The notes under the pieces are model-generated. The model had not been told where the DNA came from. It was given only the letters and a program-made list of their open reading frames with translations, and searched no databases. Of a stretch of 64,000 nt of DNA, positions 57,353 through 64,000 are shown piece after piece. The DNA comes from Vulcanimicrobiota bacterium (GTDB lineage: Bacteria; Vulcanimicrobiota; Vulcanimicrobiia; Vulcanimicrobiales; Vulcanimicrobiaceae). How positions within the stretch are numbered: the first letter of the stretch is position 1; every line of letters starts with the position of its first letter. Location: assembly GCA_963833095.1 (NCBI GenBank), contig CAWHWQ010000005.1:320001-384000 (forward strand). The letters are read 5' to 3'. A program made the translations under genes and the position numbers.

Positions 57353-58344
57353 CCGCCGGTACGAAGGTTCTCAACAACGTCGAGGCCGTACGCGAAACGC
57401 TCTACGAAGCGCTCAAGAGCGACGATCGCACGCTCATTCTCGGCGAGGATGTTGGCGCGCGCGGCAACGTGTTTCTCATCACCAAGGACTTCATCAACGA
57501 GTTCGGGCCGCAGCGCATCATCGATACGCCGATCGCCGAAGCTTCGATCGTCGGCATCGCGGTCGGCATGGCGATGGAAGGTTTGCGCCCGATTGCCGAG
57601 ATTCAATTTGCCGACTTTATCTATCCGGCGTTCAATCAAATCGTCGGCGAAGCCGCCAAGACGCGCTATCGCAGCAACGGCGAATACACTTGCCCGCTGG
57701 TGATCCGCACGCCCTACGGCGGCGGCGTGCGCGGCGCCCTCTCACACTCGGTTTCGATCGAAGCGCTCTTCTACCATGTACCCGGACTGAAGATCGTGGC
57801 GCCGGCCTTCCCGGCGGATGTGAAGGGTCTGCTCAACGCGGCGATCGACGATCCTGATCCCGTGCTCTTCCTCGAACATAAGAAAACGTACCGCTTGATC
57901 AAGGGTGAGGTCCCCGAGGGTCATTACACCGTTCCGATCGGCAAAGCCAACGTCATAAAGGAAGGCACGCAGCTCACGGTCGTCTCGTACGGCCTTTACG
58001 TCCATTGGGCGCTCGAAGCGGCGCGCGCGCTCGAGAACGAGGGGATGTCAGTTGAAGTGATCGACCTGCGTTCGATTCGTCCGATGGACAAGTCGACGAT
58101 CATTTCTAGCGTAGAGAAAACGCGCAAGCTCTTGATCATTCATGAGGACAATAAATTCGGCGGTATCGGCGCCGAGATTTCGGCGATGGTCGCTGAGAAC
58201 GCGCTGTTCGCGCTCGACGCGCCGATCCGGCGCCTGTGCGGTCCTGACGTTCCGGCGATGGGCTATGCCGAACCGCTCGAACACGAGTTCATGTCATCCC
58301 CGGCCAAAATGGCCGACGCAATGCGAGATTTGGTGAAGTTCTAA
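57334..58344 (+). CDS. 2-oxoacid dehydrogenase E1 beta
   Basis: GEDVG, DTPIAE, EIQFADF, HS, FLEHK. Confidence 0.93.
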   Translation: MAAVAVTAGTKVLNNVEAVRETLYEALKSDDRTLILGEDVGARGNVFLITKDFINEFGPQRIIDTPIAEASIVGIAVGMAMEGLRPIAEIQFADFIYPAFNQIVGEAAKTRYRSNGEYTCPLVIRTPYGGGVRGALSHSVSIEALFYHVPGLKIVAPAFPADVKGLLNAAIDDPDPVLFLEHKKTYRLIKGEVPEGHYTVPIGKANVIKEGTQLTVVSYGLYVHWALEAARALENEGMSVEVIDLRSIRPMDKSTIISSVEKTRKLLIIHEDNKFGGIGAEISAMVAENALFALDAPIRRLCGPDVPAMGYAEPLEHEFMSSPAKMADAMRDLVKF

Positions 58345-58346
58345 TC

Positions 58347-59750
58347 ATGGCAACCACGATAACCATGCCGCAACTCGGTGAAACCGTCACCGAAGGGACC
58401 GTCGCGCAGTGGCTCAAGAAAGTCGGCGATCCGGTTGAGAAGTACGAAGCGTTTCTCGAAGTCTCGACCGACAAGGTCAACGCCGAAGTGCCGTCGCCCG
58501 TTACCGGCGTGATCACGCAAGTGTTGGTCAAAGAGGGCGATACGGTTCCGGTCGGCACTGCAATTGCCGTCATTGACGAGGTTGGCGGCGCAACATCGAG
58601 CGCGCCGGAATCCGCCGCGTCGCCGCCCGCAACAACCGCCGCCATGGCCAACAGCGTGCAAGAGGATCCCGTTCCGGGATTCAACATTCCGCAGCTCGAG
58701 CCCAAACCGCAAGGCAACGGACACGCGCGCAGCGAGAACGTGATTCCGAGTTCGTACGGCGCCCCCGGCGGACTCGAACCCGAGGCCGATGCGCTAACGC
58801 AAGACGCGCTTCGCGGTGCATCGCCTGCGGTGCGCAAGCTCGCGCGCGAGCACCACATCGACATCCGCGCGCTCAAAGGCACCGGCCAGAACGGGCGCGT
58901 GACGGCAGACGACGTCTTGACCGCATCGCGCCTGGGACCGGCGGCAGCCGTCGGCCAGGCAATCGCCGTAGGAACCAACTTCGGCGCGGCGCCTCCGCCG
59001 GCGGCAACCGCGGCGCCTCCGGCCGCCGGGACCTCGACCTACGCGCAACCGATCCCGGGAACCCTCGTTCCGCTGACGCAGGCACGACGCATCATCGCCG
59101 AGCGCATGGTCGAATCGATCCACAACGCGCCGCACGCATGGACGATGACCTCGATCGACGTGACCGGCGTGTGGAAGTGGCGCGCACGCGAGAAAGATCG
59201 CTTCGAGCGCGAGACCGGCTACAAACTCACGCTGCTGCCCTTCTTCATCCGCGCGGTGGTCGAATCGCTCGCGGCTTTCCCGCTGATGAATTCCAAATTC
59301 GCAGCCGAGGGCATCTACGTCAACAAAGACGTGAACATCGGTATCGCAATCGGCCTGCCGGCGACGCTGATGGTGCCGGTGATCAAAGGCGCCGACAAGC
59401 TCTCGATCAAGGGCCTGGCCATCGCAGCGGGCGAGCTGATCGATAAAGCGCGGCGCGGCAAGATCGGCGCTGACGATCTCGCCGGCGGTACGTTCACCGT
59501 GAATAACAACGGGGCGAACGGCTCCTGGGCCTCCGCACCGATTATCAACGCAGGCCAAGCCGGCATCGTTACCATGGAGACGGTCGAGAAGAAACTGCTG
59601 GTGCGTGAGGACGATTCGTTCGCGCCACGCTACGTGATGAACTCATGCCTCTCGCTCGATCACCGCGTGGTTGACGGATACGTTGCCAGCGGTTGGCTCG
59701 CAGATCTCAAGAAACGTCTCGAACGCATGACGCCCGACGGAGCACTCTAG
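58347..59750 (+). CDS. Dihydrolipoamide acyltransferase E2
   Basis: Lipoyl domain TDKV, E3-binding ASPAVRKLA, catalytic DHRVVDG. Confidence 0.94.
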   Translation: MATTITMPQLGETVTEGTVAQWLKKVGDPVEKYEAFLEVSTDKVNAEVPSPVTGVITQVLVKEGDTVPVGTAIAVIDEVGGATSSAPESAASPPATTAAMANSVQEDPVPGFNIPQLEPKPQGNGHARSENVIPSSYGAPGGLEPEADALTQDALRGASPAVRKLAREHHIDIRALKGTGQNGRVTADDVLTASRLGPAAAVGQAIAVGTNFGAAPPPAATAAPPAAGTSTYAQPIPGTLVPLTQARRIIAERMVESIHNAPHAWTMTSIDVTGVWKWRAREKDRFERETGYKLTLLPFFIRAVVESLAAFPLMNSKFAAEGIYVNKDVNIGIAIGLPATLMVPVIKGADKLSIKGLAIAAGELIDKARRGKIGADDLAGGTFTVNNNGANGSWASAPIINAGQAGIVTMETVEKKLLVREDDSFAPRYVMNSCLSLDHRVVDGYVASGWLADLKKRLERMTPDGAL

Positions 59751-59831
59751 ACGGTTCGGCCGGCTGCGCCGGTCGCACGTCCAGTGCTCCGAACCTTCAG
59801 CCGCATCGTGCGGCTCCAATGGAGAAAGTCA

Positions 59832-60485
59832 ATGGCAACTGCACACGCGATCAAAGAACTTCTGCGCCTGCCCTCGCCGGCGCCGCTACCGCTGGGCCTC
59901 GCCTGCGACGGCGATACACTTTGGATGGCCAGCCGCGAAACGCATCGCGTTTACGCAATCGACGCAAAACGCTGGACGGTCGGTGAGGAGGCGGAAGCAC
60001 CGGGCGGTCCGTTCGGGATGACGATGGTAGGCGATGATCTGCGCGTCGTGATTGGACTCGGTGAAAAGGATCACGACCGGTACATCTATCGTTTTGTTCC
60101 GGGTCACGGCTTCAAAAACGATCGCATCACCTGCCCCGATCTGACCGGAGCGCACGTCGCCTTTGACGGCGACACGCTCTTTCTTTCGCAAGCGTCGTAC
60201 CGCAAGATTCTCGCGCTCGATGGGCAAGGCAACACCGTACGCGAGATTCCCCTCGAACGCACGCCCATCGGCATGACGATAGCCGACGGCGTCTTCTACT
60301 TGATTACGGGCGACGAAGAGTTCGAGAATCTCGAGTTCTGGAAAGTCGACGCCCACACGGAAACGCCGCAGATCACGGTGTTGGCTTCGATTCCGTTCGA
60401 TGCGCGTGGTCTCGCGTACGACGGCACGAAGTTCTGGACCAGCCATCGCGATAACAACGAGATCGTCGCCTTCGAGAAACCCTAG
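59832..60485 (+). CDS. Hypothetical beta-propeller protein (glutaminyl cyclase-like repeats)
   Basis: GGAG SD; repeats GLACDGDTLW, AFDGDTLF, GLAYDGTKFW. Confidence 0.7.
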   Translation: MATAHAIKELLRLPSPAPLPLGLACDGDTLWMASRETHRVYAIDAKRWTVGEEAEAPGGPFGMTMVGDDLRVVIGLGEKDHDRYIYRFVPGHGFKNDRITCPDLTGAHVAFDGDTLFLSQASYRKILALDGQGNTVREIPLERTPIGMTIADGVFYLITGDEEFENLEFWKVDAHTETPQITVLASIPFDARGLAYDGTKFWTSHRDNNEIVAFEKP

Positions 60486-60486
60486 C

Positions 60487-61203
60487 CTAGCCGCTAAACG
60501 GCCCCTGGCTCTTCCCGTACTCGTCGTGCCAATTCCACCACTCGTACGTTGGAGTTTGCGGGTAGCCGGCGGGTGAGTCTTCCCACTCTTCCTGGCGCCC
60601 GAGCGCGGTGAGATCGAGGTAACTCCACGTGCTCCCAAGTGCTTCGTCGCCACGGTTGTTGACGAAGTAGGTGCGAAACACGCGCCCACCGTCGCGGATA
60701 AACGCGTTGGTGCCGTGCCATTCTTCCACGCCGAAGTCCGCGTCAAAATTATCCGTGATCGTGTACCAGGGAAACGTCCAACCCATCCGCGCTTTAACGC
60801 GCGCGATGTCCGCCTGCGGCGCGCGCGACGCATAGACGAAGCTGGTGTCCCGCGCGTGCAGGTGCACGACGTCGGCGACTTGGTCGGCCATCAACGAACA
60901 GCCGACGCACGCGTGGTCGGGCCAGCCCTTGACGCCGGGTTCGAAGAAGGCGCGGTAGACGACTAACTGGCGGCGCCCCTCGAACAAATCGAGCAGGCTC
61001 ACGTTGCCGTTGGGTCCTTCAAATTTATATGATTTCTCGACGGCGAGCCACGGCATCCGGCGGCGTTGCGCAGCGAGCGCGTCGCGCGCACGGGTTACCT
61101 CTTTTTCCTTCACGAGCAGTTGCTCGCGCGCAGCTTCCCACTCTTGAGCCGATACCACCGAAGGCGTTTTCATTGCGAGATCTTTCATTGCGAGATCGTT
61201 CAT
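60487..61203 (-). CDS. DUF899 thioredoxin-like protein
   Basis: LLVKEKE...RRRMPW, LLDLFEGRRQL, CVGCS, LDLTALGRQE; AGGAG SD. Confidence 0.9.
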   Translation of the reverse strand: MNDLAMKDLAMKTPSVVSAQEWEAAREQLLVKEKEVTRARDALAAQRRRMPWLAVEKSYKFEGPNGNVSLLDLFEGRRQLVVYRAFFEPGVKGWPDHACVGCSLMADQVADVVHLHARDTSFVYASRAPQADIARVKARMGWTFPWYTITDNFDADFGVEEWHGTNAFIRDGGRVFRTYFVNNRGDEALGSTWSYLDLTALGRQEEWEDSPAGYPQTPTYEWWNWHDEYGKSQGPFSG

Positions 61204-61213
61204 TGCATTTCTC

Positions 61214-61759
61214 CTAAAGTGTTGATCCGCCGCACATCGGCGGGATGAGCCCCAGAATCGACAGGGGCGCGACGATGAGTACAATTCCGACTGCCACGAT
61301 CGCTAGTCCAAGCGGCACATCGATGAGGGCCTTGGGGGGCACAAGTTTCTGAGCCAGCACGATCGCGGCGATCGCCGCCATCCACACAACGTTCATCGTA
61401 CCCAGAGCCGCTTGCATCAACATGAGCCCGACGCACGAGCCGACGCAATAGAACCCGAAGGTAAACCCGTAGCGAACATTCTGCTCGCAGCGGCGACGAA
61501 AGTACCGTTTGAGCGGCGTGAGCTCATAGACGCCTGCGAGTATTGCGACGGCTCCGGCGAAGAGTGTGCTATGCGACGAAGCCAGCGCGCGGATACCAAA
61601 GCTCACAAGCAACCACACGGCGAGATACGACGCAATGAAGAGAAGCACGGCCGCCACGCGATCCCCGCCGCGAGCGCGCCGCCACGTGGCGGGCGCTGCG
61701 CTCGGCAGCATCATCGCCGCCATCATCGACACCCATGACGCCGTGCCCATTTCCATCAC
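61214..61759 (-). CDS. DUF2182 metal-binding membrane protein (short form)
   Basis: MMAAMMLPS, YELTPLK...C, G.YCVGSC..LM. Confidence 0.85.
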   Translation of the reverse strand: MMEMGTASWVSMMAAMMLPSAAPATWRRARGGDRVAAVLLFIASYLAVWLLVSFGIRALASSHSTLFAGAVAILAGVYELTPLKRYFRRRCEQNVRYGFTFGFYCVGSCVGLMLMQAALGTMNVVWMAAIAAIVLAQKLVPPKALIDVPLGLAIVAVGIVLIVAPLSILGLIPPMCGGSTL

Positions 61760-62202
61760 AGCACGCGTTCCAGCTCCACGAGCATCGCACCCCAGCCCTT
61801 CGCATGATTGTCGCGCTGCTGCGCATCACGGAAGTTTTCATGCGTGAGGGTGAGTTCGGTCTGCGTGCCGCGCGGCGCGAACTCGAGGCTGAGGATCGTC
61901 TCGCGCGCGAGCGCCGGATCGTCCTCTTCCCACGACCACGTGCACACGATGCGCTCATTCGGCACGAGCTCGCGATAGGTTCCGGTCGCTATGAACTGCT
62001 CCCCGTCCTCGCGATGCATAACGATGCGAAAGCTTCCGCCCAGACGCACGTCCGTCTGAGCATCGACGCGCGCGTTACCTGAAACGCACATGAATTCGCG
62101 CAAGATATCCGGGTCGGTCCAAGCCTTATAGACGCGCGCGGGCGAAGCATTGAACGTGTGTTTCAAGATCAATGTCGTCGGCGCGGTGGTGCTGTTATTC
62201 AC
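61756..62202 (-). CDS. SRPBCC/AHSA1-like protein
   Basis: RVYKAWTDP, DVRLGG, GTYRELVP, HAKGW. Confidence 0.9.
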   Translation of the reverse strand: MNNSTTAPTTLILKHTFNASPARVYKAWTDPDILREFMCVSGNARVDAQTDVRLGGSFRIVMHREDGEQFIATGTYRELVPNERIVCTWSWEEDDPALARETILSLEFAPRGTQTELTLTHENFRDAQQRDNHAKGWGAMLVELERVL

Positions 62203-62543
62203 GTCTGATCGATCCTTTCAGGATTGCGGGCGAAGTAGTCATCCAAGCGTGCAAATGTCGCTTCCCAGAACCGGCGCTGCTCTTCGAGCCAACTCGATGC
62301 GGCCTGCATCGCCTTGGGCTCCAGCTCGCAATGGTGCACGCGGCCATCGATCTCGCGATTGAGCAAACCCGAACGCTCGAGCACCTTGAGATGCTTGGAG
62401 ACCGCCGGCTGCGACATCGAAAATTCCGAGGCGATCTGCCCTACCGTGAGCCGGCTGTGGGCCAGACGCTCGACGATCCGGCGCCGCGTAGGGTCCGAAA
62501 GGGCGGCGAAGACGGCGTCGAGCCTCAAACTATTGTTAACCAT
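62199..62543 (-). CDS. ArsR/SmtB family transcriptional regulator
   Basis: FAALSDPTRRRI, SQPAVSKHLKVLERSGL. Confidence 0.92.
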   Translation of the reverse strand: MVNNSLRLDAVFAALSDPTRRRIVERLAHSRLTVGQIASEFSMSQPAVSKHLKVLERSGLLNREIDGRVHHCELEPKAMQAASSWLEEQRRFWEATFARLDDYFARNPERIDQT

Positions 62544-62580
62544 TTGGTTATATATTAGGCGAAACACGCCGCCTTGTCAA
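62537..62580 (-). promoter_or_regulatory. Sigma70 promoter and palindromic operator over the ArsR start codon
   Basis: TTGACA-17-TAATAT; palindrome TAACCA-AA-TGGTTA at 62537-62550. Confidence 0.75.
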
Positions 62581-62593
62581 ACGTAGGTTCAGC

Positions 62594-63292
62594 ATGAGAC
62601 GCCTGCAATTTTTGCCCATCTACGCCATGCTTGCCGCGCTGATCGCGCTTCCGACGGCCGGTTGCGCCTTTGACGAAGGGCGCGTGAACGAAGACTTCCA
62701 TGCGACGCTGGCCCAGGCGCCGGCTTCGATCGAAGTGCACAACGCGGTCGGCGGAATTACCATCGTGGCCTGGGACAAGCCAAGCGTTGAGATCGATGCG
62801 CGCAAGTGGGGGAGTTCGCTCGAGGACGTTCGCGCGATTACGATCTCCGTTCAACCGAGCGCCACGGCGCTGATCGTAACCTCGCATTTCCCCACGAATT
62901 CGACCCACTGCCGGGTCGAGTACACGATTCACGCGCCCGCCAAGGCGAATCTCGATCTCGAGGAAAGCGTCGGAGGCATCAAGAGCACCGGCTTTACAGG
63001 GAATGCGCGCGAGAGCACCAGCACGGGCGCGGTCGCCGCGTCGATGGCGTCCGTCGGCGGAGCGCAGCACATCGCGCTGGAGGTCAGCGTCGGCGCCATT
63101 GCGCTCAAGATTCCCGCACAAAGTAGTGCCACGATCTCTGCGTCAACGTCGGTAGGCGCTATCAAGGCCGATTTTCCACTTTCGTATACGCAAAAATTCG
63201 TTGGTTCCAGCGCGAGAGGATCGATCGGCAAAGGCGACGCGCAGGTTGAGCTCACCGCGGCGACGGGCGCGATTGCCATCCAGCGCGAATAG
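62594..63292 (+). CDS. DUF4097/putative adhesin beta-strand repeat lipoprotein
   Basis: TAGC lipobox; repeated VGGI/TGAV/VGAI strands. Confidence 0.75.
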   Translation: MRRLQFLPIYAMLAALIALPTAGCAFDEGRVNEDFHATLAQAPASIEVHNAVGGITIVAWDKPSVEIDARKWGSSLEDVRAITISVQPSATALIVTSHFPTNSTHCRVEYTIHAPAKANLDLEESVGGIKSTGFTGNARESTSTGAVAASMASVGGAQHIALEVSVGAIALKIPAQSSATISASTSVGAIKADFPLSYTQKFVGSSARGSIGKGDAQVELTAATGAIAIQRE

Positions 63293-63298
63293 CGCCGG

Positions 63299-64000
63299 AT
63301 GCAGCGAACCGACCTCGGTATCGAAACGATCCTCGTTCACGGCGACCGCGACGCGGCTTCGGGCGGTTCTGTCACACCGCCGATCTACCAAACCTCAACC
63401 TTTGCCTTTGACGACGCCGATGCTATGGCCGCGGCCGCGCGCACGCCGACGTTCGAGCGATTCTACACGCGCTACGGCAATCCGAATCACGGCGCGGTCG
63501 AACGGATTCTCGCGTCGATCGAAGGCGGCGAAGCGGCAATGGTTAGCGCTTCGGGCATGGGCGCGATCACCTCAACCGCGATTGCACTAACCTCGGCCGG
63601 CGCGCATGTCGTCTCGCAGCGAATGATCTACGACGGCACGCGCGCGCTTTTGAGCGACATTCTCGCGCGGTTCGGCGTCGAGGTCACATACGTCGATCAG
63701 CACGATACGACCGCCTTCGCGGACGCCATGCGCCCGAACACGCGACTGGTCATGCTCGAATCGCCCAGCAATCCGTTGCTCGGCATTACCGACGTTGCCG
63801 CCGTCGCGCGCATTGCGCACGATGCCGGAGCGCTGGTGAGCATCGATAGCACGATCGCGACGCCGGTGAATCAGCGCCCGCTCGAACTGGGTGCCGACGT
63901 CGTGCTCCACAGCGCGACGAAATATCTCGGCGGCCACTCCGACCTCATCGCCGGCGCGGTCATCTCCTCGCGCGAGCTCATCGCGCGCATTTGGGAAGCG
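63299..64000 (+). CDS. PLP-dependent trans-sulfuration enzyme (cystathionine gamma-synthase/methionine gamma-lyase family), partial
   Basis: Manual translation: [40 protein letters not shown]; runs off the window end. Confidence 0.92.
   Translation, partial: MQRTDLGIETILVHGDRDAASGGSVTPPIYQTSTFAFDDADAMAAAARTPTFERFYTRYGNPNHGAVERILASIEGGEAAMVSASGMGAITSTAIALTSAGAHVVSQRMIYDGTRALLSDILARFGVEVTYVDQHDTTAFADAMRPNTRLVMLESPSNPLLGITDVAAVARIAHDAGALVSIDSTIATPVNQRPLELGADVVLHSATKYLGGHSDLIAGAVISSRELIARIWEA

Noticed and set aside
1..64000. Many long overlapping Arg/Ala-rich ORFs in the six-frame track (e.g. 1017..2102, 17379..18662, 53538..54914)
   Set aside because: Shadow frames expected at high GC; each overlaps a gene with clear family motifs.

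Overview
This is a GC-rich bacterial chromosomal window with about 70 genes, mostly housekeeping. The stalk-domain/beta-barrel protein, the TolC gene and the style of the peptide-binding lipoproteins suggest a diderm Terrabacterium such as Eremiobacterota/Vulcanimicrobiota; that is an inference, not tested. Contents include two peptide ABC substrate-binding proteins, an AhbAB/NirDL-like Lrp protein, an efflux adaptor plus TolC, tldD/tldE, proC, folD, and a SufR-like/IscU-like pair divergent from sufC-sufD-sufS-sufU (no sufB here). Further on are actP, an ECF sigma cluster, pyrE, ETF-QO with thiO-thiS-thiG-rhodanese, ltaE, 2-oxoacid dehydrogenase E1a/E1b/E2, an ArsR-SRPBCC-DUF2182-DUF899 unit and a partial trans-sulfuration enzyme. 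I saw no rRNA, tRNA, CRISPR array or transposase. The strongest unexplained signals are: (1) a complete ribosome-dependent attenuator upstream of proC, with a promoter, a 20-aa leader carrying six CCG Pro codons, and overlapping antiterminator and terminator; (2) an ECF sigma factor followed by a zinc-finger anti-sigma domain fused to an O6-methylguanine methyltransferase; (3) a lower-GC cassette in which a 15-aa Lys-rich micropeptide and a terminator precede a DUF4760-like membrane protein; (4) a PHP phosphoesterase with a histone-H1-like tail, next to a pyroglutamyl peptidase lacking its catalytic Cys. A dense run of frameshifts at about 17.6-20.9 kb is most likely assembly error. Family assignments come from motif recognition by eye; no database search was run.
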